Source of the DNA: a virus
Lineage: Duplodnaviria > Caudoviricetes
Direction: 5' to 3' (one strand)
IMG/VR virus record: IMGVR_UViG_3300017763_003980
DNA length: 64,000 bases
Position numbers and translations under genes: made by a program. Below the pieces are notes generated by a model. That model ran no database searches and had not been told where the DNA came from. It saw only the letters and a program-made list of their open reading frames with translations. Each line of letters opens with the position of its first letter. Positions within the stretch are counted from its first letter, which is position 1. Below, piece by piece: positions 1 through 9,413 of this stretch.

Positions 1-1871
1 GTAGTTGGTTCTTTAGCTGCTACAATTGGTCCTGCTGGATCACAATTTTGATAAGCTGCTACATAGTTATGATAACCAACCCATGTTGTACCATTATGAA
101 TTAACATGTCTACTTCATCAACTATTGAACTATACCATAGAGTGCCGTCTTCTGTTAAGCTCTTAGGTCCAGTAATTGAAGCTGTATATGTTAGCTCTTT
201 CCAGTTTGAAGCAACCCAGTCACTTGCAGTATCACCTGTTGGTGCTGTATACAAGTTACCTGTGCCTGTTCCGTTAGCAAAGTTATATACACTAAAGCCT
301 GCTAATGCTAATGCACTATCAGTATCTTTAATTCTAATTTCGCCACCTAATTTGTGTGAAATAGATACTCTATTACTTGAATCAACTGTAGCAACAACAT
401 TTGTAAATCCTGCTGCGTTAATTTGACCTGCAATTACATCTGCGTCACCTGCTGCTGCAGTTGTTGTTACTGAAATAGTTTTAGCACTATCTAATGCTAA
501 AGTAGCTGCTAATGACTCTTGTAAAGTAAATGTTCTAGTAGCGGCAGTAAGTTGAGTTGTAATAGCTGTACCAGTTATTACTGTTGCTCCTGTTGCTGCC
601 CTAGTATAAATTTTACTAGTAGCAATTACCGGACTTACTTCTTCTACATTTGTGTTTACATATAACCCGCCAAGTGCAATAGTTTTACCGCCACCGGATT
701 TGTCAAGCCCGTAAATTGCAGCTTGTCCTGTGTCATAAACTGGTGCTAGTACATTTGACCAAAGTTGAGTAGCAGTTGAATACTTTTTAACTTTGTAATT
801 TGCTCCACCATTTGGAGTAGTAGTTTTCAGCCACAAGCTTCCGGTTGGTGCTGGTTCACTATCTCCTGTTTTATATTGTGGAACACTTGTATGTGGTGCA
901 ATAGTAAGCTTTGGAGCTTCATAAGTTGCTGCTGTTATACCTGCTACTGTAAGGATAGTTCCTGTACCGTTTGCAATTACAACGTCTGCACCAGTTGAAT
1001 GTATTTGTAGTTTACCATCAACAGCTGCAGCACTTACACCCGAAATTGCCGCTGAGTTAATGTCACTAACTAAGCTAGCTACTGTTGTACCAGCTAGTGT
1101 AACTGTATTAGTATTAATAACAATAGTATTACCATTTATATAAGTTGGGTTAGATGCTGTTCCTACTACAGCTGGATGACTTGCTGCCCACGCTGTTGAA
1201 CCAACTGCTACCCAGCTACCTGCTGCGCCTGCCGCAGTTACATGACCTGGTGTTTTATAGTAGTACTTGTTAGTAGTAGTAGTTGCATCTATACAGTATT
1301 CACCAATTGCACCAATTGACGTTTTTGGCACGCCTAATGCTAGATCTGATGTTGCTGTAATTACTTTAGTTGGTGCTTTAGTTGTAAATGATTGTCCGCC
1401 TAAAGTAGTTGCTAAGGCGCCATTCCATTCTAAAAGTCCATAAAGTGTGTTGCCTACGTCAAACCAATATGCTCCGTCTGCTGGCTCTCCGCCTGGCGCA
1501 GTTGCACTTGCTTCTAATTTTGCTAAGTCTAAATCGGCTCTTACTACATATGCTCTATTAGTTACTCCTAATAATGAGTAAGCAGCTTGTAAGCCATATT
1601 CGTTTAATTCTCCGCCGTGTATCATATTGCCATTAGCATCTGAATAAAAAGTTGGATCTCCAAAAGTTTCACCAAGCTCTCTTTGGCTAGTGAGTAAGTA
1701 AGGTTTCCCCGCATTTGCTTTAATTGTGCCTGCGGCAGTTCCTGCACCGGAACTGGATTTTTTATTGGAAGCTGTAGCAACAAAAATCATCGGTACTGTT
1801 CCAGCTGCTGCTGGAGTGTAGAAGCTCTCATCGATTACTTTGACTTCTACGCCTGGTGATACTAATGCCAT
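1..1871 (-). CDS. g18: Contractile tail sheath protein (T4 gp18-like), runs off the left edge; absent from the ORF track
   Basis: Manual translation from ATG at 1871 gives MALVSPGVEVKVIDESFY...YLLTSQRELGETFGDP...ELNEYGLQAAYSLLG...AYVVRAD, the typical sheath N-terminus. GGAG RBS and TATAAATA lie upstream. Confidence 0.9.
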   Translation of the reverse strand, partial: MALVSPGVEVKVIDESFYTPAAAGTVPMIFVATASNKKSSSGAGTAAGTIKANAGKPYLLTSQRELGETFGDPTFYSDANGNMIHGGELNEYGLQAAYSLLGVTNRAYVVRADLDLAKLEASATAPGGEPADGAYWFDVGNTLYGLLEWNGALATTLGGQSFTTKAPTKVITATSDLALGVPKTSIGAIGEYCIDATTTTNKYYYKTPGHVTAAGAAGSWVAVGSTAWAASHPAVVGTASNPTYINGNTIVINTNTVTLAGTTVASLVSDINSAAISGVSAAAVDGKLQIHSTGADVVIANGTGTILTVAGITAATYEAPKLTIAPHTSVPQYKTGDSEPAPTGSLWLKTTTPNGGANYKVKKYSTATQLWSNVLAPVYDTGQAAIYGLDKSGGGKTIALGGLYVNTNVEEVSPVIATSKIYTRAATGATVITGTAITTQLTAATRTFTLQESLAATLALDSAKTISVTTTAAAGDADVIAGQINAAGFTNVVATVDSSNRVSISHKLGGEIRIKDTDSALALAGFSVYNFANGTGTGNLYTAPTGDTASDWVASNWKELTYTASITGPKSLTEDGTLWYSSIVDEVDMLIHNGTTWVGYHNYVAAYQNCDPAGPIVAAKEPT

Positions 1872-1908
1872 TTTTATTTCTCCTATAAGGGTGTAGTTCT
1901 TCTAATTG

Positions 1909-1916
1909 TATTTATA
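1909..1916 (-). promoter_or_regulatory. T4-type late promoter TATAAATA upstream of the tail sheath gene
   Basis: Exact TATAAATA on the minus strand about 40 nt upstream of the sheath ATG. Confidence 0.75.
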
Positions 1917-1971
1917 TTATTATCACTAAAACCATATGCATATCATGCCAAAAAAGGTGCCAAAAAGGTGA

Positions 1972-1979
1972 GATAAATA
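1972..1979 (+). promoter_or_regulatory. Late promoter variant GATAAATA
   Basis: TAAATA core 4 nt before the ATG at 1984. Confidence 0.6.
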
Positions 1980-1983
1980 TAGT

Positions 1984-2319
1984 ATGAGACCTTTATGCAC
2001 TTGTAAACAACGCCCGGCAGCAATAAACTATAAAAAGAACGGAAAGACGTATTATAGAAAATTATGTGAACGTTGTTTAAGGAATGGAGTAGGACATGGT
2101 ATACCTAAATGGAAACAGTTAGGATATGAAAAGAAAAACTATTGTGAAAAATGTAATTTCAAAAGCAATCATGAAGAACAGTTTGATGTGTTTCATATAG
2201 ACGGAGATTTACAAAATTGTAGACCGACTAACTTAAAAACAATTTGTGCTAACTGCCAACGTATTACGCAAAAATCTGGGGTTCGCTGGAAACAAGGTGA
2301 TCTTCGACCTGACTTTTAA
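1984..2319 (+). CDS. Small Zn-finger / HNH-like endonuclease
   Basis: Several CxxC-type pairs and HIDGDLQNCRPTNLKTICANC, which resembles the HNH motif. Confidence 0.65.
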   Translation: MRPLCTCKQRPAAINYKKNGKTYYRKLCERCLRNGVGHGIPKWKQLGYEKKNYCEKCNFKSNHEEQFDVFHIDGDLQNCRPTNLKTICANCQRITQKSGVRWKQGDLRPDF

Positions 2320-2899
2320 GATCTTCAATTGTACCATCATTGTATAAAATAGAATCAAATTTATCGTTAGTATCTATCCACTTATATTCGCTAGCATGAA
2401 TATCATATGCTGACATAAGATTACTATCGTTATGATTATCTAAAATTGCACTGCCAAACCATTCAGGATCAGAACCACGCTTTACTTGCCAAATTTCTCC
2501 GCCGAGATCTCGAATAACATTTTGTTCATTACGAAATCTTACATCAGGAATAACAAATTCTGTGTCAGGATTATTAATTATTTTTTGCTTTACCATACTA
2601 ACCCATATGCCGTCATAAAATCCATTACGCATGCAGTCAGTACCAAACTCTTGTAATACTAATCTAGGTGTAATAATTCTTCCTGTTTCTTTAGTCCAAA
2701 AGTCATCTTGTTCTTCTCGCCATTGCCTTGATCCAGGAGTATCTCCTTCTAGCAGTGGTCTGTTCCAGCCGAATAGTTCTGATACAGCGTCTTTTAATTT
2801 GTCTGCAAATGATATTTTTTCAAAACCGTATGTGTCTACAAGGTGATCGCTCACTGTACCTTTACCAGAACCAATAAGTCCACAGATACCAATAATCAT
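2264..2899 (-). CDS. Deoxynucleoside monophosphate kinase (T4 gp1-like)
   Basis: P-loop GLIGSGKGT, FADKLKD, TPRLVLQEFGTD and IPDVRFRNE motifs. Confidence 0.9.
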   Translation of the reverse strand: MIIGICGLIGSGKGTVSDHLVDTYGFEKISFADKLKDAVSELFGWNRPLLEGDTPGSRQWREEQDDFWTKETGRIITPRLVLQEFGTDCMRNGFYDGIWVSMVKQKIINNPDTEFVIPDVRFRNEQNVIRDLGGEIWQVKRGSDPEWFGSAILDNHNDSNLMSAYDIHASEYKWIDTNDKFDSILYNDGTIEDLKSQVEDHLVSSEPQIFA

Positions 2900-2930
2900 A
2901 CAAAGTCTCCTAAGTTAGTAGTATCTATAT

Positions 2931-2959
2931 ATTATACGATATTTTTAACGAGTTGTCAA
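2931..2959 (-). promoter_or_regulatory. sigma70-type promoter for the dNMP kinase
   Basis: TTGACA (2959-2954), 17-nt spacer, TATAAT (2936-2931). Confidence 0.85.
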
Positions 2960-2966
2960 GTGATTT

Positions 2967-3725
2967 TTAACCAATAGTAAAGCCGTAGCCTACACCGCCG
3001 CCAACTGCTAGAGCTACATCAGCTTCTAGCTTTTCTATTTCGGCTTGTGCTTCTGCTTTAAGGGCGTCACCATTTAATGTACTACCGCCTGCTGGACCAG
3101 CAATAGTAGCAAATTTTGAACGTGCCTCGCCTAGCATATATTTACAGCTAGCAAGAGTATAATCTTTAATCCATTGGCTAGCTAAGTAATCTAGTAGTAA
3201 TTGTTCGTCTGGTCTATAGTTATATGCGTAAAGCAAAATTTCTTCGCTTGCTGCAGGCCGTTGTAGTAGAGTTAACTTTTTAGTAGTTGTGTTCCATTTA
3301 AATTCAATAAATGAACCAAACATTCTGCCTACTAATTCTTGGTGTTGAGAAAATAAATCATATGTTGCTAATCCTCCCATTTTTGAACCTGATAACAAAT
3401 AAGTATTTGTATATGCCATATTAAATGGTTCAAATAATGAGCCGCCATCGCCGCCGCCTGTACGTGATCCTATTGAGCGTCTGAAAAGCTTCCTAACTTC
3501 TATTACTTCATTAGGTAATGTATATTCATTCTGATCTTCGACACAAGTTAAAAACAAGTATGATTCTTCTACGGAATTATCTGATCTTTGTCTAAATTTA
3601 CTCAATGCTTTATCTAATGCTGTTTCGTAATGAATAGGATCTAATTCTACGTCAATCATTCCGCCACCCAATGAGGCGTTTACGTAATCATATACATTTT
3701 GCTTTGCTGTTGTGAGTGATGTCAT
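2967..3725 (-). CDS. g13: Neck protein (T4 gp13-like)
   Basis: LGGGMIDVELDPIHY...WIKDYTLASCKYMLGEARSKF...GGSTLNGD pattern; adjacent to gp14 and gp15. Confidence 0.8.
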   Translation of the reverse strand: MTSLTTAKQNVYDYVNASLGGGMIDVELDPIHYETALDKALSKFRQRSDNSVEESYLFLTCVEDQNEYTLPNEVIEVRKLFRRSIGSRTGGGDGGSLFEPFNMAYTNTYLLSGSKMGGLATYDLFSQHQELVGRMFGSFIEFKWNTTTKKLTLLQRPAASEEILLYAYNYRPDEQLLLDYLASQWIKDYTLASCKYMLGEARSKFATIAGPAGGSTLNGDALKAEAQAEIEKLEADVALAVGGGVGYGFTIG

Positions 3726-3743
3726 TCTTTACTCTCCATATAG

Positions 3744-3764
3744 TATTTATCGTATCGATAAATA
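3744..3764. promoter_or_regulatory. Palindromic back-to-back late promoter pair (GATAAATA on both strands)
   Basis: TATTTATCG-TAT-CGATAAATA is a perfect inverted repeat between the divergent gp13 and gp14 genes. Confidence 0.75.
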
Positions 3765-3769
3765 TACAT

Positions 3770-4930
3770 ATGCCAAGACTATCTTTATATAAACCAGAAC
3801 GCGGCAATGATTATCATTTTTTGGACAGACAAATCCAAGAAATGTTTACTGTTGGCGGAACTGATATTAACATACACAAATATTTAGGTGCAAAAAATCC
3901 TAGTACTGCGGAATCAACAGCAGACCAACCTAGATATGACGCAGTAAAAGAAACCAACATACAAGACTTACTATTTCTTGAAAATAGAGATAGGAAATAC
4001 GATCCTGACGTTTATACAATGCGAGCTGTATATAATGTACAGGATATTGATTTTGATCTATCACAATTTGGTTTATTTTTAAGCAATGATACATTGTTTA
4101 TGACTATACACATAAACAGTAGTGTAAAAACTCTTGGTAGAAAAATTATGAGCGGTGACGTTATAGAATTGCCGCATTTAACTGACGAGTATGCTCTAAA
4201 CGATTATGACGTAGCATTAAAACGCTTTTATGTTGTAGAAGATGTAAATCGTGCTGCAGAAGGATTTAGTCAAACTTGGTATCCACATTTATATAGGCTC
4301 AAGCTAAAACAAATATACGATACACAAGAATACAAAGAAATTTTAGATTTACCTGCAAGCGAAAATTCAGACAGCACTCTTAGAGATGTATTATCTACAT
4401 ATGAAAAAGAAATGCAAATCAACAGGGCAGTTGTCGCACAAGCAGAATTAGATGCGCCTAAGAGTGGATTTGATATAAGTCATTTTTATACTGTTGCAAA
4501 AAATGATGACGGTTCTGTTGCGTTACAAACTGCTGATCAAGAAGACTTAGATGCGTCAATGATTAACACTACAGCTGACGAAATAGCTGATAGGCCAGAT
4601 CGAGAGGGATATTCAGGATATCTTGTAGGCACAGGAGATGTTGCTCCTAATGGTGCACCTTTTGGATTTGGCATTGCATTTCCTAGAGATAATATGGATG
4701 GCGACTTCTTTTTGCGTACAGACTTTTTACCTAACAGAATGTTTAAATATGATGGCAATAGATGGGTAAAACAAAATGACGACATTAGAATGACACTAAG
4801 TAACACACTTGAAAAGCAAACACAAAAATCAAGCTTTATAAACAATACTAATCAAAGCACTATAAACGGCGAAGTTGTTGAAGAGCGTCAAAGCCTGTCT
4901 AAGGCACTTAGACCAAAAAAGGATAACTAA
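3770..4930 (+). CDS. g14: Neck / head completion protein (T4 gp14-like); start moved from 3716 to 3770
   Basis: MPRLSLYK...DFDLSQFGLFL...GDVIELPHL...YRLKLK. The ATG at 3770 follows TAAATA-N5 and removes the overlap with gp13. Confidence 0.75.
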   Translation: MPRLSLYKPERGNDYHFLDRQIQEMFTVGGTDINIHKYLGAKNPSTAESTADQPRYDAVKETNIQDLLFLENRDRKYDPDVYTMRAVYNVQDIDFDLSQFGLFLSNDTLFMTIHINSSVKTLGRKIMSGDVIELPHLTDEYALNDYDVALKRFYVVEDVNRAAEGFSQTWYPHLYRLKLKQIYDTQEYKEILDLPASENSDSTLRDVLSTYEKEMQINRAVVAQAELDAPKSGFDISHFYTVAKNDDGSVALQTADQEDLDASMINTTADEIADRPDREGYSGYLVGTGDVAPNGAPFGFGIAFPRDNMDGDFFLRTDFLPNRMFKYDGNRWVKQNDDIRMTLSNTLEKQTQKSSFINNTNQSTINGEVVEERQSLSKALRPKKDN

Positions 4931-6354
4931 TGCGACATTTTTATGACGGACAAATAAGACGTTACACTACTCAAATGATGCGTATTCTAAGTAACTTCCC
5001 TGTGATAGATGGTGATGGGCAAACCAAAGATGTGCCTGTTATGTATGGAGATTTAACTAGGCAGGTAGCTAATATTATAAGAGAGAACAGCGAAAATAAA
5101 TTACCTAGTGCTCCTAGAATTAGCGTTTATATAACTGGGCTAGAACTAGATAAAGATAGACTAACAGATGCTACATATACTAGAAAAACTAATATACGAG
5201 AAAGAGCATATGATGATGTTAATAAAGAATATTTAAATACTGAAGGTAAATCTTATACTGTAGAACGCCTAATACCTACACCATATTTAATGAGAGTAAA
5301 CGCTGATATTTGGGCAAGCAATACTGATCAAAAACTGCAATTACTAGAACAGATACTAGTGTTGTTTAATCCTAGTTTAGAAATGCAAACTACAGATAAC
5401 TTTATTGACTGGACTAGTATTACTGCCGTAATTTTAGAAAATGTACAATGGAGTAGCAGAAGTGTTCCTGTAGGAATCGATACAGAAATTGACATTGCTA
5501 CACTAACATTTAGTTTGCCAATTTACATTAGTCCTCCGACTAAAGTTCGTAAAATGGGTGTTATTACAAATATTATTACTAGCATGTTTGATGAAACTAC
5601 TGGTACAATCGAAGATGGAGTATCACGTCCTGAATTAAATGCTTACGATGATGTAAGCTTGCCGGGCACATCTACAGACAGCAGAGGCACTAGAGTTGAT
5701 TCATTAGTAGGCGGTCATAGTGCTAATGTAAACTTTGCACAGTGGGGAGTATATGTTAATCAAGGATCTGCACAACTTGTAGCAAATGGAATGGTTGGTG
5801 TTAAAAATTGGAGAGAGATATTTACAGCATTGCCTGGTACTTATGCCGCAGGTGTAAGTAGAATATACTTAACTAGTAATGATAACACAAAAACGGTTAC
5901 AGGTACATTTGCACTAAATCCTTTAGATGAAGGTTCTATTGCTATTGATTTTGATACAGACAGTTTCCCTTCAGATGATATTATTAGTAGTGCATTAGGT
6001 GATAGGACATCAATAGATTATATTATAGATCCTTTAAATTATGATCCTACATCTATTAAGACATCTGGGTTACGTATATTACTTCTAGATGATATAGGTG
6101 GCGCTTCTGCTACACAAGTATCTTCAGCTTGGGCTAATGATAACGGTACTGGCTTAGTTGCTAGTGCGAATGATATTGTAGAGTGGGATGGTAGCAAATG
6201 GAATATTATCTTTGATGCTTCAACTATAACTTCTACAACATATGTAACAAATTTAAATACACAAGTACAATATAGATTCAAAAACAATGAATGGTTACTA
6301 AGTATTGACGGTGACTATCCAGTTGGCACATGGAGAATTGATCTCTTTGGCTAA
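4930..6354 (+). CDS. g15: Tail terminator / sheath stabiliser (T4 gp15-like) with C-terminal extension
   Basis: MRHFYDGQIRRY...VPVMYG...PRIS...PTPY...QLLEQILVLFNP; follows gp14. Confidence 0.8.
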   Translation: MRHFYDGQIRRYTTQMMRILSNFPVIDGDGQTKDVPVMYGDLTRQVANIIRENSENKLPSAPRISVYITGLELDKDRLTDATYTRKTNIRERAYDDVNKEYLNTEGKSYTVERLIPTPYLMRVNADIWASNTDQKLQLLEQILVLFNPSLEMQTTDNFIDWTSITAVILENVQWSSRSVPVGIDTEIDIATLTFSLPIYISPPTKVRKMGVITNIITSMFDETTGTIEDGVSRPELNAYDDVSLPGTSTDSRGTRVDSLVGGHSANVNFAQWGVYVNQGSAQLVANGMVGVKNWREIFTALPGTYAAGVSRIYLTSNDNTKTVTGTFALNPLDEGSIAIDFDTDSFPSDDIISSALGDRTSIDYIIDPLNYDPTSIKTSGLRILLLDDIGGASATQVSSAWANDNGTGLVASANDIVEWDGSKWNIIFDASTITSTTYVTNLNTQVQYRFKNNEWLLSIDGDYPVGTWRIDLFG

Positions 6355-6362
6355 TTATTTGT

Positions 6363-6803
6363 ATGGATGCAAATATAGTATGTAGTGGAGCCTTATTTTA
6401 TACACTATCAACAAATAGATTTTTATTTTTACACCGTAGAAATGGTAAAAAATCTGATGTTTGGGGATTAGTTGGTGGCACAAATGAAGGTACAGAAACA
6501 CCCTGGGAAGGTTTGAAACGAGAAATTGTTGAAGAAATAGGTGATGTTACTACTATTAAAAAAACACTTCCGTTAGAAAGTTTCCTCAGCAATGACAAAA
6601 AATTCCTGTTCCATACATATCTATGCGTAGTAAAAGATGAATTTATTCCGCAATTAAATAAAGAACATGATGGATATGCTTGGTGTAGTTTTACAAAATG
6701 GCCAAAGCCTTTACATCATGGATTGCGTAATACCCTCCAAAGTAAAATTAATCTTAGCAAGTTAGAAACTGTCTTTCAAACTATTAATTTACTTGACAAT
6801 TAA
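6363..6803 (+). CDS. NUDIX hydrolase
   Basis: Complete NUDIX box GTNEGTETPWEGLKREIVEEIG (GX5EX7REUXEEXG). Confidence 0.9.
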   Translation: MDANIVCSGALFYTLSTNRFLFLHRRNGKKSDVWGLVGGTNEGTETPWEGLKREIVEEIGDVTTIKKTLPLESFLSNDKKFLFHTYLCVVKDEFIPQLNKEHDGYAWCSFTKWPKPLHHGLRNTLQSKINLSKLETVFQTINLLDN

Positions 6804-6821
6804 TACAAACGGTAGTATAAT
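6793..6821 (+). promoter_or_regulatory. Consensus sigma70 promoter for the heptose cluster
   Basis: TTGACA (6793-6798), 17-nt spacer, TATAAT (6816-6821). Confidence 0.85.
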
Positions 6822-6827
6822 AAAATT

Positions 6828-7976
6828 ATGAAAGTTCTAGTTCTTGGTGATGTAATAATTGACAAATATATTTACGGTACTTCTACTCGTATTAGTCCGG
6901 AAGCACCAGTGCCTATTGTTAACCTAGATAATATAAAAACTTCTTTAGGTGGTGCAGGACTTGTAGTTGAAAATCTCAAAAGTTTAGGTGTAGATGTTAC
7001 ACTTTTACAAACCAATCAACCAAGAAGTACTAAAACCAGAATTATTTCAGACGGGCATTATGTAACACGATTAGATGAAGACGAGAAAGCAGACAGCGAA
7101 GCTGTACTACGAAATGTCTTAAGCAGTGATTTTTCACAGTATGAATATGTTATATTAAGTGATTACAACAAAGGGGTGTTAACACATTCTAACAGGATTA
7201 TAGAGCATATAAACAGTCAAGGTTGTAAAGTTATTGTAGATCCTAAACGCCATCGTAAGTGTTATGAAGGTGCATGGTTAGTTAAACCTAATGCTAAAGA
7301 ATATAAAGATTTTGGTTTTGATAAACATAAAGGTAATATAATAACAACTAGTGCAAATGGTGCAGTATCAGCAAAGTTTGAAGATGAAACACATTTTATA
7401 ATTCCAGAACAAGTAGAAGTAAATGATGTTACCGGCGCAGGTGATTGTTTTCTTGCTGCCTTTGTATATGGACTAACACAGGATAAAACTATTAAGCAGT
7501 GTTTAGAGCTTGCTACTAAAGGTGCAACTGAAAGTGTTAAACATTTAGGCACGTATATATTATCAAAAACTGACTTAGAAGATACTATTGTGTTTACTAA
7601 TGGGTGTTTTGATATACTGCATATTGGCCATTTAAAACTGCTTAGACACGCTCGTAGCTTGGGAAATAGACTTATAGTAGCTATTAACAGTGACGCAAGT
7701 GTTAAGCGTTTAAAAGGAGAAACTAGACCCATTAATAGTCAAGAAACTAGAAAAGAAACACTAGAACAATTAAGCATAGTTGACGAAGTTATAATTTTTG
7801 ATGAGGATACTCCTTATGAAATAATTAAGGAAATTAAACCTAGTATAATTGTAAAAGGTGGAGATTATACTGTAGAAACAGTAGTTGGAAATGATTTAGC
7901 AGAAGTTGCAATATTTCCAAAAGTAGACGGGTATTCTACTACTCAAATTGTAAAGGATATAAAAGTTGGAAATTGA
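6828..7976 (+). CDS. hldE: Bifunctional heptose-7-phosphate kinase / heptose-1-phosphate adenylyltransferase
   Basis: PfkB kinase domain (RISPEAPVP, DVTGAGD) fused to a nucleotidyltransferase domain (FTNGCFDILHIGH, RPIN, KGGDY). Confidence 0.92.
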   Translation: MKVLVLGDVIIDKYIYGTSTRISPEAPVPIVNLDNIKTSLGGAGLVVENLKSLGVDVTLLQTNQPRSTKTRIISDGHYVTRLDEDEKADSEAVLRNVLSSDFSQYEYVILSDYNKGVLTHSNRIIEHINSQGCKVIVDPKRHRKCYEGAWLVKPNAKEYKDFGFDKHKGNIITTSANGAVSAKFEDETHFIIPEQVEVNDVTGAGDCFLAAFVYGLTQDKTIKQCLELATKGATESVKHLGTYILSKTDLEDTIVFTNGCFDILHIGHLKLLRHARSLGNRLIVAINSDASVKRLKGETRPINSQETRKETLEQLSIVDEVIIFDEDTPYEIIKEIKPSIIVKGGDYTVETVVGNDLAEVAIFPKVDGYSTTQIVKDIKVGN

Positions 7977-8598
7977 GATTAAGAATAATAAAGTTATAGT
8001 GCAAAACGCATTAAACGATGGAGAATTTTCAAATATAAGACATATTTTCTATGGCTATGATATACCTTGGTCGTACAACGATGGAATTGTAAACACTGAG
8101 GATATGAGTGATTTTCAATTTGTACATTTAGTATTTGATCACAGTAAAGCAGGTTACGGACCTATATGGGATAGTATAGTTCCTATTTTGGAAAAACTAA
8201 CACCGTCAAATGTAGTAAGGATTAAAGCTAATTTGCGTCCAAGAACAGGTGACATAGAAGCTAGTGGGTTTCATTGTGATGTTTGGATGCCCGGGGCTCT
8301 TACTGCTATATATTATCTTGATACAAACAACGGATATACAGAATTTAAAGATGGTGATAAGATTGCCAGTGTAGAAAATCAACTAGTAGTATTTCCTTCA
8401 AACTTACCACATCTAGGAACTAGTTGTACTGATCAAAATAGAAGAGTTATAATTAATTTTAATTTCTTTCCAACTACAGGATTATTAAATGCAACTGAGA
8501 TAAATCCTTCTGTAAATCCAATTACTGATCCTTTACTATCTGACACTGATAAAGAATATCACAGACATTGGGCTAAACCTATGAAGGGACTTCTATGA
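7966..8598 (+). CDS. 2OG-Fe(II) oxygenase-like protein
   Basis: HCD...TAIYYL...NQLVVFPSNLPH...R pattern (HxD..H..R). Confidence 0.7.
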   Translation: MEIEIKNNKVIVQNALNDGEFSNIRHIFYGYDIPWSYNDGIVNTEDMSDFQFVHLVFDHSKAGYGPIWDSIVPILEKLTPSNVVRIKANLRPRTGDIEASGFHCDVWMPGALTAIYYLDTNNGYTEFKDGDKIASVENQLVVFPSNLPHLGTSCTDQNRRVIINFNFFPTTGLLNATEINPSVNPITDPLLSDTDKEYHRHWAKPMKGLL

Positions 8599-9413
8599 AA
8601 ATATTAGTCACAGGATACAAAGGATTTATAGGGCAAAATGTATGCAATTATCTTTTAACTCAAGGACATGATGTTGAAGGATGGGAATATATGGATAATG
8701 CTGTACCTGATCCTAGTGCATATGATTGGGTAATACATCTTGGTGCAATTACTAGTACAACTTATACCGATGTAGATCGTATAATAGATCAAAATTTTGA
8801 ATACAGTATGAGATTGCTACAGGTTTGTGAAAACTATGGAACAAACTTTCAATATGCATCAAGTGCTAGTGTGTATGGTCCTACAACACATTTTACTGAA
8901 GATGGCCCTTTGCTACCACAAAGTCCTTATGCTTGGAGCAAGTATTTGTTTGATAGATTTGTAAAGCAACACAAGGATGAATTTACAGTACTTGTACAAG
9001 GATTTAGATATTTTAATGTATATGGTCCAGGAGAACACGATAAAGGTGATCAAGCTTCGCCTTATACTAAGTTTACAAAACAAGCACAAGAAGATGGCGA
9101 GATCAAAGTTTTTCAACTTAGTGAACATTACAAAAGAGATTTTGTATGCGTAAGAGATATTTGTAGAGTACACGAAAAAATGCTTAGTGTTGATTCTAGT
9201 GACATTTACAATGTTGGTACTGGTGTTGCAGAAAGTTTTGAAACTGTAGCACAAACTATTGCTAAAAAATACAATGCTACAATAAAATATATCCCAATTC
9301 CAGATAACATTAAAAATCAATATCAAAAATATACGTGTGCCAACATTGACAAATTAAATAGTGTTATAGATATGGAATGGACTAGTATAAAGGATTATAT
9401 TAATGAAAATTAG
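8595..9413 (+). CDS. hldD: ADP-L-glycero-D-manno-heptose 6-epimerase (extended SDR)
   Basis: TGYKGFIG NAD-binding motif, YASSASVYG, YAWSK, FRYFNVYGPGEHDKG, RDFVCV; located in the heptose cluster. Confidence 0.85.
   Translation: MKILVTGYKGFIGQNVCNYLLTQGHDVEGWEYMDNAVPDPSAYDWVIHLGAITSTTYTDVDRIIDQNFEYSMRLLQVCENYGTNFQYASSASVYGPTTHFTEDGPLLPQSPYAWSKYLFDRFVKQHKDEFTVLVQGFRYFNVYGPGEHDKGDQASPYTKFTKQAQEDGEIKVFQLSEHYKRDFVCVRDICRVHEKMLSVDSSDIYNVGTGVAESFETVAQTIAKKYNATIKYIPIPDNIKNQYQKYTCANIDKLNSVIDMEWTSIKDYINEN

Noticed and set aside
106-426. 106-aa plus-strand ORF
   Set aside because: It is antisense to the tail sheath gene, which occupies 1-1871 on the minus strand.
1945-1970. Short direct repeat TGCCAAAAA(A)GG x2 between divergent promoters
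   Set aside because: Only two imperfect copies, not seen at other promoters; insufficient support for an operator.
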